A stretch of 63,355 nucleotides of DNA, the filler included, from Choristocarpus tenellus KU-1152 (taxonomy: Eukaryota > Protista > Phaeophyceae): the NCBI GenBank assembly GCA_964200185.2. It is 12 parts of 12 records of this genome, joined end to end, with 100 filler letters (N's around TTAATTAATTAA, not from the genome) between each part and the next. Parts side by side here need not be neighbours in the genome. Positions count along the whole stretch, not along the records: positions 48,878 to 60,572 come from CAXNAD020002182.1; positions 60,673 to 63,355 come from CAXNAD020025682.1; 10 more parts are not named here. One strand, written 5' to 3'. Positions 49,072-62,320 of the stretch are shown piece by piece. Every line of letters starts with the position of its first letter. Within the stretch, counting starts at the first letter, position 1. The notes under the pieces were generated by a model. The model was not told where the DNA came from and did not search any database. It saw only the letters and a list, made by a program, of their open reading frames with translations. The position numbers and the translations under genes are program-made.

Positions 49072-52000
49072 CCAACTAGCCCAACAGAGCGAAGCGATGA
49101 CGATAGATCCCCTCCCCCATACGAAGTCCTCATAAACTGCAGCTTTGGACCCTGATCCAAAATATCTACCTCGCAGTGGGGGGGGGGGGGTCGGGGGGTA
49201 AGACAGGGGGGAAAAAAACCAGGTTTGAATCAGGAAAAAAAAAGGGATTTGCAGGGCCCTTGGGNNNNNNNNNNAAACAACACCACAAAACGTGGTGGGT
49301 GGACCCCTAAAAAAAAAAAACCCCCGGGGGGGGGGGGGGGGGGGGGGTCAGGAGGTCAGACAGGGTGGAATAAAACCATGTCTGAATCAGGAAAAAAAAA
49401 GGGATTTGCAGTGCCCTTGGGATGCGAAGCAGAAAAGAAAAACCACGAATCAAATTGAACACACCAGGTACATGTGTCACATTTCAATATTTCAATAGTT
49501 TTGAATTGTAAGGGATGCCTTTCCTGCCTCAGACACAAAAACAAGCCCCTTATGAATGTGACAGACCTCGCCCGAAAATCAAGTTAGCATCTCCCAAAAT
49601 TCCCGCCATAAAAACATCACATACAGAGAATCCACTTCAACATCGCCTTCCTCTCAAGCTGCCTGCCCCCTGTGTAACCCTACCCCACCACCTCAAACCA
49701 CTCGATACCTGCAGGGAGATCTCCTGCGTTGCCCCAAAATATCAGCAGGTCACAGAGTGTTGCGTCAGGAGAGAACGAGGCCTGAACACGCCTTCCACCA
49801 GGCAAGCGCATTGCTACACGCACCTGACCCCCGCCACAAAAATGAGATCAACATTGGAATCAGGAAGACAGAAGAGGAAGGTAGGGCGAGGTCAAGCAAT
49901 GTCAGACATGGGAAAAAAGGAGGGGGGAAAAAGGGTTCTACGGTATGGTCTTGCGGTGGCAACAGAAGGAGGGGAGAATGTTATGGATATACAGTGGCGC
50001 CTTTAGAGACGCACACCCACGACAACATAACACTTGGACAAAAAAACAGACTACGGGGGGTACTTGGACAACATAACACTCAGACTAAGTGACATTCAGA
50101 CTACACAACACTCAGAAAACTTAACACTCGGACTACATAACACTCAGGCAACATAACGCTCAAACAAACAAGTTCCAAAGTTTTTATGTGCAACTCACGA
50201 CAGGGATATTATCCAGACTAGCAGATGCAATACAACAAACAGCCCAGAGCATTTGCTGGACAACAGATGTTCAAAGACCAGATGGGCTTGACCGTCTACT
50301 AGTGCGTGTTGAAGAGCGGATATCCCTGGGTGTCGTCCAAGACAAGGGGACATTACGAGCCGGCATGACGGTCACGTAATTTTTTCTTTTTTCTTTTTTC
50401 TATTTTTTCGTTTTTATTTCTTGATTTTTCGTCCATGTAACGTTTCTTTAATTTATCGATTTCTCTGCTCTACAATGCCTAAACCTCAGGTTCGAGAAAA
50501 CCTCACCGTGTAATTTAAAAATAAATAAATAATAATAATAACAATAAAAATAAGAACAATAATAATAATAATAGTAATAGTAATAGTATTTGAGCAAGAC
50601 AGTCACAGGGCGTTCTTCTGAACAAAGGGCAGCTCTAGAGCCAACGACACCAAGCTTCGCCATGGCAACAAACGATAAGCACATGAGCCTAGTCTTAGGC
50701 AGCGGACATGGTACAAGAGCAAAGGCCTCTAGCCCTTACACACAAGGTACAGTCCGGTCAGGAGGGTTCGCTCTCACTTGAACAATGTTTCTTCTTTCAC
50801 TGTAACGTTTCGGGTTTTCTTTCCAAGAAAAATTGTGAGCGAATTTTTCTTTTTATTAATGAGGGAAGAAAAAAAAAAAACTTGACCTCAGATTTTGAAG
50901 AATTAACACGATCAATGAAAAATATATTTCAATGGATTGTACATCGTAAAAGGAGGACAGATTTTTTTTGTTTTAATTCTACGACCATAATGCTCTCACT
51001 AAAAAGAAAAAATAAATATAGTGAGAGAATTTCAATCACTGTTGCCAAGTTGAGGTACAATACGTAACCCAAAACAGCAAAGGCTTTATTTATGGACATT
51101 TTGAGACCATAACTCAAGGTGCACGCCATCTTTTCGAGTGCAGACTTCACCCCAATGATTGCTTGCCAGGTCCAACTCCACCTGAACTCAAGTCTGATAG
51201 AGAACAAACAAAAAAAATGATTTCAAGTCAAACTTAAATGCGTTTTGTCTTCTACCTGTATATCCATCCATCACATCCCTGATCGATTGTTAACTCTTGA
51301 AAACACTCGATCAGGGACGTACTTCTGTTGATCAAACCTTTTCGGACTGACTTCTGATCATTTGGCAAATACTCCATACACTTGGTGCGTTGCCCAATTT
51401 ATCGTAGTTCTTGGGTGTTCAAGAGAGGAGTCTTCGGCGAGATCTTGACAGGATTAGGATTAGCCCTCAACAACGGATATCACAGAGCAACTAGCCCTCG
51501 AACACTCTTAACATTGAGAGACAAATCCTGAGTAAATCGACCATAGCAATTGTCCAAGACAGTCGATGGTACAAGCAGAATGAAGTAAAGCATGATGGGT
51601 TAACAGATAGCCTTGGGCATTACGATGCCCTGAGTTTGAAAAGATATGTAGATGGTGGACATGCTCTTAAGTGGACTGTACTTGAACAAAATGCAGGCCA
51701 AGAGAGGGAGTTGCAACAGTGATCGTCTTGACTTTCACAGCACACTTGCGGATATCAACATCCAAAAGCTCTGACTCAACAGGAGATATATATTTCTGCA
51801 AGGTGGGGTATATGCATGTGGAGGGCGGGGGTAGTGGGGGACCAGACTAAGGTACTGGCAATGCAAGACAGAGAGGAGATACCTGCAGAGAGGGATGGGT
51901 AGGGAATGGGACGAGTAGGCAAAGAAAAGGAGAGAGCTAAAGTCACTTTTGTCAGCAGTGATGACGAAACAGGCCACCACGGAGGTCTGTCTTTCTCAAA

Positions 52001-52972
52001 GAGACATAATAACATCACTTACGACAAGCAAGCTTTACCAATTGATTGGAAACTTCGGCATATAAGTTTGAACACAAAAGGTCTAACCCAAGTCTCCGGC
52101 AATATAGACATCTACCTTCCTTGCAGCTGCGGACCCTGCTGCTGTCTCTCTTGCCTCTTCCTGCCGAATAAGTGTGGAGGCAAGGAGCACAATCAATGTC
52201 GTGATGGCACAACGAATTGACATGCATGCACAAGCCATATGAACGTAGTATATACCATCTAGCGACGCTGACTCTAGGACACGACCAAAGTTATTAGGAG
52301 GAGAAAACTTGCTATGGAGAGAAAGTTTGGAATGGGTGAGAAAAAAATAGTATTTATCATTAATAAATCTATCATGACTTACTCCATGGTCGAGGTCAAG
52401 CATGCCCTTCGACGTAGCAAAGATTCAAAGGCTCGATAAGTGGATGGATTTAAAGAAAGGGGAATGTGCTGAGGAAAGAACTGCTGAACCAGTCACGGCA
52501 AGAGAATTCCCTCATCCTGGCTCACCATCAATTCAAGAGTTGCGTTCTGCGGGATGCCAGTGAAGCGGAAAGGCTGACTGAGATCCACAGTCTGCTTCTT
52601 ATGCATGATTGTAAAGGATCCAATGTTAGTCAATCCAAATTCTTGGCACGCCATCTGAGGAAAAGCCAACCGTGATGGAGACGTTAGGTTTGGGATACAG
52701 GCTTGGCTTGGTGCTTCGAGGACGGATCAAGTCTGGAAAGCATAGCAAGACTTCGATTTTCATCTCTCTTCAACATGTAAAATATTCACATCGCACAGAA
52801 ATCAATGCACCATGTAACGACGTTGTAATCTCTGTACGCATATTGTTGCCACGTTTGATTCTCATCGACCTCCTGAGACGCGCACCTGCACCACCATACT
52901 CATGTTCTCGTTGGCCCCAACCCGCAAGACCTTGCGGTGACCGCCATACAAAACAGTGATTGGGGTGCTCAT
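49072..52972 (-). CDS. ASPSCR1: TUG/ASPSCR1 (UBXD9/Ubx4-like p97 adaptor), first five exons: 52886-52972, 52526-52654, 52116-52160, 49709-49823, 49072-49165
   Basis: In-phase GT-AG splicing gives MSTPITVLYGGHRKVLRVGANENMSMVVQ|MACQEFGL...HKKQTVDLSQPFRFTGIPQNATLELM (TUG-UBL1 DLS.pfRf.glp.nA.LEl)|EEARE...|VRVAMRLPGGRRVQASFSPDATLCDLL (UBL2)|...LRSVGLVG. Absent from the ORF track. Confidence 0.88.
50021..50163. repeat. Degenerate 16-bp tandem repeat
   Basis: Units GACTACACAACACTCA, GAAAACTTAACACTCG, GACTACATAACACTCA and GGCAACATAACGCTCA, with further copies upstream. Confidence 0.8.
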
Positions 52973-53415
52973 TTTTATATCGTAAGCCCGAGCTATTGTG
53001 CAGCACCGGGCACGGTTCACAGAACTTCAGAGGTGCTGTACACAGTGTACTATCACGCAATGTTATAATGGTATCATTGTAGTTGGTGTTGTTGGGAGTT
53101 CCATAGAAAATAAATTGGATAATAAAATCTGAAACGCTTTCTGCAGTATCCGAAAAAAATATCAATTTGGTTTACTTGTAAATAGGTTTGGTGTCAAAAA
53201 TTGAATTGTTTCGGGTTCTTGCAAGAAACGCAATAATGGTCGTAGCCTACCCCGTAGAGCGATTCCCGATCGAGAAGCCAGACCAAGGTTGAGCTGAATA
53301 TTCGTGGCGCCCACGGTGATGACAGGAAATACACATCAAAACGGAACACATCAACAGGTAGCAAGGAATATGACCAAGGGGTAAGAAGTAAGTGTATCAT
53401 CCTGGACTGTGCGAC

Positions 53416-56400
53416 ATGACCCAAGGCTCGTCGGAAGAAGCAGAGGGTAATGGGCAAAGCTTTCAAAAAATAACGTCACTGAGTAAGGAAACTCTCAGTG
53501 AGGGATGCGATGGGCCAGAAAAGTCTTCTGAAGTAGTGGATAGTACGGCACGCCAAGAAGGTGATGGTGGATTGAACTCATGCACGGGAATGTCTTCAGG
53601 CGAGGACAAGGCCCAGCACGATCTTGAAAGAGAGGCCGACCACATAGAGCAAGACACACGGGCAACACAACATGTATCAATACTGGAGATAGTGCAAAGT
53701 AACACAGTCAATACCACTTTATCGCCTACCATCCCTTCACTTGGCGTAACGTGCCAGACCTCTGAAGAACTGTCTCAACCTACAAATGCAACACCAAGGC
53801 TTTCAAGTGAAGGACTTCAAACCCAGACGCGAGGTAGCTCAACCCCAGTCAACATAGACAGCAAAACAAAACAGGAAGTTTCTTCAGGATTACATACAGC
53901 TTCGTTCGAAACACAGACAAACAGTATAGCCAGACAGCAAATTGCGGAAATGAAACCGATCGCGAAGACAACAGTCGCAAAACCATCGATTGCAAGGCCA
54001 CCGATTACCCCACCAAGAATGTCAATGAGAGAAATGGCTGTTGCACAATTCCTCAAAAAAACCGAAACGCCGATGTCTAGTTCGGAGAGTAGTCAACTTG
54101 CTAGGTCTTCCATAGAAAGTGAGGATAATCAAGTGATGGATACTATTGACAGCACCAATGTGCGACAGACACTGATATCGTCACCGAAGATGGCGAACGC
54201 TCCCAGGCAATTAGACATATCATTAATTGGCAGCACAATCCAATTCTACCGCAAGTCCACGGAAGAAGCAAGTATGACGTCGGGATCGACAGTTTCAAGT
54301 CTATCTAGTGTGGACTTGGAGAGGGAACGACAGGAGAGTTCATCTATTGGGTCAAGGTGAGATCTCAAGCATAGACGGACTTCCCCACACCAGTTAACTT
54401 TGACTGAAAAACACTATCTACAATGTATAATTTTTTGTTTTGTTTCCTTCTAGTGTATTCCATTTTTCACCACGTACGGTATTCACTCATTTTTTCTTAC
54501 TTCTCACCATTTCTCTGCCCATGAACAAGTTCCACCTGAAAGTAATTGCTTGATCTCACCACCAGTGAGATGCAACCAAATTGGAAAACTATATAACCTA
54601 ACTGAGCCTCATGCGCCTTCAAATTTATAACAAATACCACCAGCGTCTCTCTGAGGTCAGAAGCAGAGGTTGAGTTTGACACTTGGCTCAGAAGAAGCAG
54701 GATGAGTCGGTACAGCAGCCCTGGCAACCCTCACCATTATCAAGCCAAGTTTCAGGTCAAGTGACCAAGCCCCCAAAAGAAATCAGTAGGTGTCCCAATT
54801 TAACGAGAAATGTGTTTTCTCCAGCACAAAGAGAGGAACAATTTACTTACTCTCCTCGCAGTATAGGTGAGTCTGTCACTAGCAATGTAGATGTCCATGT
54901 TGGCTGCAATGAAAAAGTCGGGCAAACAGAGGGAACAACCACCTGTCATAAAGACAATGGCACACTGCACGATAATATATCAGTGTATGGTCTTTTTAAC
55001 AGGTAATCATTCGATAATGATGATGAAAAACCACTTTTTCTTCTTATACATCTTTCTTGTTTAGTCCAGAGTATATGGCAATGTTTCTCAAAACTGTACA
55101 TCTTCTTTTCAGTTTCCCCTATCCCGAACACCTTGACAATATTTTTGTTGGCTTGAACCTCCCCAGAACATTCCAACTATTTTTTTTTTCAGGGCAGAAG
55201 AGGTAAGCAGGGTGTTTTTTCGTTTTTTGTTACTAGCATATCTTAGGCACTACCCCATGGGTGATGCACAATGGAAATAAGGTATTTAATGTTGCACATC
55301 CAATTCCTCACATGCATGAAGTCAGGACAACATGAAGTCAGGACAATGGTCTGCCTGTTGTTCAATAAAATCTGCTTGAGAACATAAGGATATGGAACAA
55401 AGTAATTATTATTCACTAACTCTGTAAATTCCCCGATGCTTTACATTCCTATTGAAAGTGAATCTTCTGGAAATTGAACAGCGTGCAGTCTGGACAGACA
55501 ATTATTGATTTGTCCTAGCTCCTCATTATGCTTGGTTATTGCTATCGTATCAGAACATAAAATAGATGTTTCACAAGATAAAAAAAATCCAGTGAATAAC
55601 ATATGGAGTATGCCTCAAATCATCAAGTAGAAGGAAATTTGAGGAAACAATTATTTGATGATTGATTGCCTTGCCTTTCCAAATGGATCTTGATAGAAAT
55701 ATTATACGGGGAAAGAAGTGTTCTAGGCCAGGATGTGAAGCCTGATCCAAGTAGAAGAGACCAATCCACTACTTGAACAACATTTTTTACATATCCAGTT
55801 CATGACCATATTTCACCTTTCACTAAAGATGAATGATATTTTCAGAGGGGAACTACGTTTTCTACAATGATGCTGCAAGATTAGGAGTGTAACAGTGTTG
55901 CCCCATTATATCCCCTTCATGGCCAACCATCTTACCCTTCCGTCCTCTTGTGTTCCGCCAGAGACTGGCTGAGCATGCAAGAGCAAGAGAAGCATTAGAA
56001 GAATCCAGTGATGTAAGTGAATCATCAAGTAGTAGACCAGAGTTGAGTGCATCTGCAGGGCATAAAGATAGAGACCAAGGCACAGGTACTTCCAGGACAG
56101 AGATTGAGACCAAGGCACAGGTATTTCTGGAATCTCAATTGGATTCAGAAAAGGGAGTAGGAGCACAGGAAGAGTTGCAAACTCAGATCAAGACAGAGAT
56201 GGGAGTAAAAGTGGAGGAGGAGCTGGGAAGTCAGTCTGAAACAGGACTCGGGGCAAAGGCACCGGCACTTTTGGAAACAGATTCCGAAACTGGCACAGGG
56301 ACAACCTCACAGGCAGTTTCAAAGGTAGCACTACTAGACATTGGGAGGAAGACAAAGGGTACCAAGCATGAAGATGAACAAACAGGTGAACCAGGTCGCA

Positions 56401-57097
56401 TAAGTTCTGGCAGTGCCTCTTCCCCCTTGACGTATATATGTCCAGCTGCTGCATTGGCATGAGATTCCTTGGTAATGAACCACCATCCTCTGAAATCAAT
56501 TGAAAATTTTGTGTTGATATTACCATCACCCCTTTCCCTCTACCCTCCCATTTGATCCTACCTTCAAAAAATTTGCAAGTCTTCAACTCCCTGGTAGCCT
56601 TTGCAGTCTGCACCTCCAGGTCAACATGTAGCCAGGACTTGAAAGCAGAGAAGGACAGTGAGCAACATGTCTCAGGCAGCAGTCAGTCCGATAGTGATCA
56701 TTCTGATGCCTATTCAGCTGGAAATGCCTCCACACCTCTACCAGCCCTTCTAAGATCTGAGTTACCATTGCTAGAAGAAACTTGGATGATTGGGAGCAGT
56801 TCCAGCAGCAGTAGAAATACTGTTGGATCAAGCAATGAGGGTGGAAGTGGGATCAGTATTTGCAATACAGATGGTGGGGGAAACCATGAGACAGGAGAAA
56901 ACGTGGAGTTTCAGGGAGACCAGACGGTCTTGGATTCATCAATCATGATAGATAAGGGAGGAAGCACTACCTGCCCCCCCCCCGTGGTTCAGGACCAGGG
57001 TCAGGGTCAGTCCGCAGCTGAGATCCAGAAAGCGGGTACCTTTGAAATGATAAATAGAAGGAAAAGTAGCGCGATCAGAATCCAAGCAAGATACAGG
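53416..57097 (+). CDS. Large Ser/Thr/Glu-rich low-complexity protein with an IQ-like motif; partial, exon boundaries uncertain
   Basis: Long same-strand ORFs at 53392-54360, 54683-55006, 55950-56462 and 56552-57100, with donors after 54356, 55002 and 57097. The last ends SAIRIQARYR| (IQxxxR). Not all junctions could be put in phase. Confidence 0.6.
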
Positions 57098-57632
57098 TGA
57101 GGCATTTCCAAAAATATCTATTGAATAATGCTGGGGGAAGGGGGTGTCGAAGGGGTGGTTGATAAGGTATAGTCTATGAGTTTTTCCTGATTCTGGATAT
57201 TTTTCCCATTTCTTGACCTTGTGGAAACAGTAGTGTGCAGTAGGTAACCAGGAGGCTGTCGTTTTGTTTCAAACGGATATCCATAGTTCTCATAATGTCA
57301 GACAACACCGTAACAGAAATGCTGGACGTAGAGTACATGGAGTGGAGAGTTTAAAGGGGAAGAGGATTTCGAGGGGTGTTGCATTTGTCTTTGGGTCGTC
57401 AATGCTGCAATTTAAACAAGACACATGTCAGACATCAAGAGGGGCATGGGCAGGATATTCCACTGAACATTACCTTTTCTCTCAAGCAATCACCCACACT
57501 GCCCTATAGCACCTTTTGGGGGAGTCTTTTTGTATCCCTTGCAATATGAACAAATTCTATATTGAAAAAAATAGAGTCCACTTAACCAATTCTGACTTTT
57601 TGCATGCTTCGGTGCAGGCAACTATTTGAGCA

Positions 57633-57880
57633 AAAGTAAATTAGAGGTACCCAGTTTTTGGTCGTTTTGAATTATAAACCAGTTTTTCAATCTTTTGCAT
57701 TACACCCACATTTCTATGTATGAAGTGCTAAGTTTGACTTGAGAGGGTTCGTCTATTTTTTTTGTAAAGATTCCGACAAAATTCGGAAACTATCCTACAC
57801 ACTTTTGGAAAAAATGCCGAATTTTGCACGTTTTTGTTGAGGTCCTAAAAATGCAACTCTGGGTACCTCATGCTTACTTT
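57633..57880. repeat. Imperfect inverted repeat pair, candidate old MITE
   Basis: AAAGTAA-N4-GAGGTACCCAG (57633-57654) / CTGGGTACCTC-N4-TTACTTT (57859-57880). Confidence 0.55.
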
Positions 57881-58299
57881 CAATCTGTGTCTTTGAAAAA
57901 TTGAGTCAGGGAGGGAAATTTTGTACAGTGTAGGATTTGAGATTGACAAACAAGTGTGCCATAGGACACACACAAAAGCGATATCCAGTTCCTGAAAAAT
58001 GAGAAAATGATAAGAAAAGTGTATCACAAAAATATCAATCCCTCTTTCCCATCAGTCTGCGACGGTACGGGTGTAACTTCTCGAGATGACTCCAAAGAAG
58101 AAACGATTTTTCACATCGAATTCCTTGATGCTTTTCACGTGAAAATAACTCTTCGTCTCTTTGCTTAATAAGCCCATTAATCCAATTATCCACCGCCGCC
58201 TCGAAAGCCCCTCTCTGTTTATTCTGACCGGTTTTGACGGACTTCCCTCGCGTCGCCTTTTCTTAGTTCTGGTGTGCTGCACCTCGAAAATCGTTACCC

Positions 58300-59530
58300 C
58301 CTAGAGACTTCAAAACTTGATCGTACCGCCTAAAGATACTCTGCCACACCCTCTCTAGAGCAGCTGTGTTGCAGCTTGCCGTACATGCTCTTTACTGCCT
58401 TCGCAAGGTCGTCTCTATAGTACCGTAACCCTCACTCCAAAATATTCTTTTTAGGGTCGCTAAGAAACTAAAATCTTTAACTTTGAGATTGGGTGACTGC
58501 ACAGGTTGCATTATGAGCTTGAGGCTCCACCCCTCCTCCACCCTGGTTTCATTGAACTTGTACGGCGTGTCTTTTCCCACATGGGGGGTCGCTACCTCCT
58601 GCTGCGTGACTACCTTCTCACCCTCCAACCATGGCATTTTTTCCTTCAACGTGAGGAGAAAAACCTCTACATACCACTCACAGTACCGCTCGGCATTGAT
58701 GGTCATATTGAAGAGGGGTACTGCTGCCCCCTCTCACAGCAGATCAAATCTCTCTTCGCCTGCTTGATGACGCAAACATGCCAGATCCCGATCTTGTTGT
58801 CCGAATTATGGGGAGGATCTGTTCATCAAATAGTGCAGATGAACAGCACCTTAGGAATGTGACTCTTGTGCTGTACCGTGGTGAAGTCCACCCTGTCCTC
58901 CCCAGTCCACCCTGTCCTCCCCAGTCCACCCTTTCGGAAGCCGTTTCTTACCGGGAGGTAGTGTTGAATGACTCCCTGGGAGTGCTCTTACTGCAAAGAC
59001 ACTGAAGGCCAACCTGAGGGGGTGACTACAGCGCAACTAGTCATAGTGTGAACCCTGGTACAACAGGATCCCATGCCAGGTATGAGATCAGGACTTGAGA
59101 AAAACGTAACAATCGTGTACTAATTAAGCATGCTAGTCCTTGTTCATTTGAAGGACTGTGTCTCAACTGTGGGGAAAGTAGTCTGAACGGGCAGCATGTT
59201 GTGTTGTTGCTCTCATCCTCTCCCCCTAAATGAAGGAAATGTGGGGTCTGCCCCCCAGGCATTTTGACGTTCAATACCAATTTTTTTAGTCTAGCAATTT
59301 CCTCATCTGAATAGATGACAAAATACTCCCTCAGTTTCTTCCATGCCCCGGAAGGTGAAGCTGCATTGCAGACAATGCAGACCTAACGAAACTGTTGGTA
59401 TTCCTCAACAGGACGCCATATGCCTTCTTGCCTTGACAACCTCATCTTCATCCACACATCCACCCTTGATGAAGTTTGCATCGCCCACTCGCAGAAGTTC
59501 CTCCCTATTCTCCACGGTTTAATCGATGTC
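58300..59530 (-). mobile_element. Second mariner-type transposase pseudogene
   Basis: KIGIWH, TINAERY, MPWL...VTQQEVATPH...QPVQSPNLKVKDFSF. Contains a frameshifting 19-bp tandem duplication at 58885-58932. A Stowaway-like end GAGACAAAAGGGAG-TA lies near 60410-60425. Confidence 0.82.
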
Positions 59531-60551
59531 ACCCTTTCATGCCCAAGAAAGCACGCATTGTGCCGAACCAGTCAGCATAATTGTCATCAGACAATTGAGG
59601 GGGTTTGGCATGAAGACCGCCTAAGGCCATGAGTGATGTTACCAACCCAAACCGCACCAGCTCCAGCTTCGCCTCCTCTAGCTAGAGCATGTTTGAATGG
59701 GGTGCTTACATGTGTTCAATAATTTCGCGCAGGAAAGGCTCACCGCCATGAGCTGGCGATGTATTACATGGTGAACATACACTGTTTGTCTTCCGATTGG
59801 CTTCTGCCTTAGCCATCAATTTCCTAACCTATGGCCAAAGACTGACTCATCATACCGCTATGTAAGTTACCGCTCTATATTGTACCGAACTAGAGATAAA
59901 CATACATGAAACTGTCATACTGCGTTTTATATGCTTGTATCAGCACACACAACGTAAGCATAACACTAGTTATTGCAAAAGGTAGCGCTAAAGCGTAGCT
60001 TACAGCCAGTGCGTTTCGACCTTCCTCGCTCAGCACGCAAATTTTACCCCGGACCGATGGACTCCCAGCGAAAGACGACAGACTCGCCAGAGTGGCCATA
60101 TTGGCTACCGGACTCACGTCACAGATGATCCAGAGCCAAAGCGAGATGTTGAGATGTTGTGCGACGATGGGGGGACATTGTACCTGCCAACGGGCGCAGT
60201 GCAGCAACTGAAAATGGCCTAAAGAGGACCGTTTTTTCGGTTCTACTTCTCGGAACAGATTCTGAACTATCTCGGAATGAAATGCAAAAACCAAAAATGA
60301 AATATCTCAACTAAATAAAGTGCTTCAATTTTTCCATATATCACCAAGAAATGTTTCGTATTGGTGAAGAAACCACCAAAAGTGAAGATTCTTAACGTCA
60401 CAGATTTATGAGACAAAAGGGAGTATGACTAGTATTGATTAGCACTCTAAACTAATTTATACAGTAATTGTAATGGCAACATAGAGCGGGTGGTAGCCGT
60501 ATCTAAGCAGCAAAGATGCACAGAGCTATACAGGACATCCTGTTTGGCTCA

Positions 60552-60572
60552 GGCCCAAAGTATCTGGGGGGG
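60552..60572 (+). mobile_element. MITE family A terminus at contig end
   Basis: GGCCCAAAGTATCTGGGGGGG. Confidence 0.8.
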
Positions 60573-60672
60573 NNNNNNNNNNNNNNNNNNNNNNNNNNNN
60601 NNNNNNNNNNNNNNNNTTAATTAATTAANNNNNNNNNNNNNNNNNNNNNNNNNNNNNNNNNNNNNNNNNNNN

Positions 60673-60734
60673 CGCAAAATGAAAAAATTGACCCCAAATG
60701 GACAGGACCCACCCCCTCCCAGATACTTTGAGCC
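60673..60734 (+). mobile_element. MITE family A right end, abutting Copia RT sequence
   Basis: CCCAAATGGACAG...CAGATACTTTGAGCC. Confidence 0.85.
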
Positions 60735-62320
60735 TGATTTTTATGTATTTAGATGGATATTTTATGGGGAACTGGTATTGAACATGCTGATTCATGACGA
60801 TGACATGCTTATGGCCAGCAAGGGGTCTAAACATGCCTTGAGTATAGTTCAAGGACTGAACAAGAAGTTCCCAGTGGAGTACCTTGGGGAGAAGGGACAG
60901 TTTATGGGATGCCACATAAACAGGGATTGTAGACTAGGGAATATTTCCATAAACCAGCAGGTATATGTTCAAAACTTCGCGACAAAACGTTGGATCACGA
61001 CTGGCTGTGACCTTCCTGCTGTTATCATCAAAGAGTTTGTTGAGGAGGGACCAGTGAGAGACGGTTATTGTGCAATGGTTGGAAGCTTTATGTGGGTCTC
61101 CATCATGAACAGACCCGATGTATCATCTGCAGTAAGGAGCCTAGCAATGAAATGTGTAACCCTACGGTGACGGATTGGGAGGGGGCTGAGAGGGTTATTG
61201 GGTATCTGTTGAGGACAAGCAGTGGAGGATTGACCTATGTTGATTCCAGTTTTTACGGGAATGCACCCAGGGACCAACTCATCCCTCTTCTGTCACCCGA
61301 TGTCACCCTAAGTACTCGTAAATTTATCAGCTAAGTTGGTGCTGATTACGCCAATCGTGTCATTTTAAGATTTTCTGTGTCTGGTGGCGTGGTAATGTTT
61401 GGGGGTGCATGTGCGAGCTGGGGGACAAAAATGCATAAACCTGTTGCTTTGTCTTCCACTGAGGTCGAGTATGTGTCGTTATGTGATTTGGACTAAGAAG
61501 TTATGTTTTTGCAGCAAGTTTTTTTGGAGCGAACTGTGCACGAGTATTGTGTACAATTGTTTGAAGACAATAGTAGGGCAATCAAGTTAGCTGAGAAGAC
61601 ACCTTCAGGTGGTAGGACGATGTTTAGAATATGATTCTTATTCGTGTATAAAAGATTCCGTAGAATAAACAATCTAAGGATGAATAGACAGTGTTTGTAT
61701 TCTGAATTGTGTAAGATAAGCTATTGTTTCAAGAACTAGAATATGTAAGAGTCCAGGAATAGAAAGCATTGTGGGAAAATAATTTCTAATTAGTTTGATT
61801 AGTTATTCAGGGAATAGAACTGATTCGGAGGCAAGGACATCTCGCTGTTGGGTTTGAAGCTCACTCTTCTTTCTTACACCTTCCTTACTTCATGTACAGT
61901 CTGTTCTGCATAATAAGGAATTAATCCAGCCATTTACATACACAAGTCTTGGGAAGACCAATTGTTTTAACAGACAAGATATAGATATCAGATATTCTTA
62001 TGCTAGAAACCTAGTGAAAGAGGGGAAGGCACAGATTGTGTATGTCAACTCCAGTGAACAACATGGAGTTTTTTTCACGAAGGCTCGGAGTGGTAATGTG
62101 TTTGAGTTTCACACTAGAACTATCATGCACTGTAAGTAAGGGGTAATGTGCGGATTAGGTTCATTGGATTCATCATCTATGGACAGCGTGGGAGTATATG
62201 AAAGTTTTTTTTGCCTTTGTGTAGGATTAAGATTTGAAGTGTGCAGGATAAGATAATTTGAAGTTGGGTTTTATTGTTGGATTGATTTCATTCTCACTGC
62301 AAAGTAAGAGCAGAGGAGTG
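60735..62320 (+). mobile_element. Degenerate Ty1/Copia RT-RNase H with a polypurine tract
   Basis: LIHDDDML, LGEKGQFMGCHI, ISINQ, YCAMVGSFMW...RPDV, ADYA, SVSG, VALSSTEVEY, FEDN, DIDIRY...FTKA. A purine tract AGAGCAGAGGAG is followed by TGTCAAG at 62321. Confidence 0.9.
61621..61972. mobile_element. Solo LTR (352 bp) inserted in the Copia RNase H
   Basis: TGTT...AACA termini and 5-bp flanks GACGA/GACAA. The RNase H reading (...GGRT / DIDIRY) resumes directly after it. Confidence 0.8.

Noticed and set aside
49155-49195. CCAAAATATCT plus G-run resembling a MITE terminus
   Set aside because: Explained by the TUG exon 5 acceptor and its minus-strand pyrimidine tract.
49145-49420. Apparent ~115-bp duplication around a 10-N gap
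   Set aside because: Each copy is degraded into homopolymers on the gap-facing side of the G-run; a scaffolding or read-error artefact.
51065-51530. C2-domain-like snippets (LNVKSVRGL, HLELWS) in a TUG intron
   Set aside because: In-frame stops and only short matches; not supportable.
59323-59339. Stowaway-like TACTCCCTCAGTTTC
   Set aside because: It appears to lie inside the minus-strand transposase N-terminal reading (WKKLREYF) and pairs poorly with the 60425 end.
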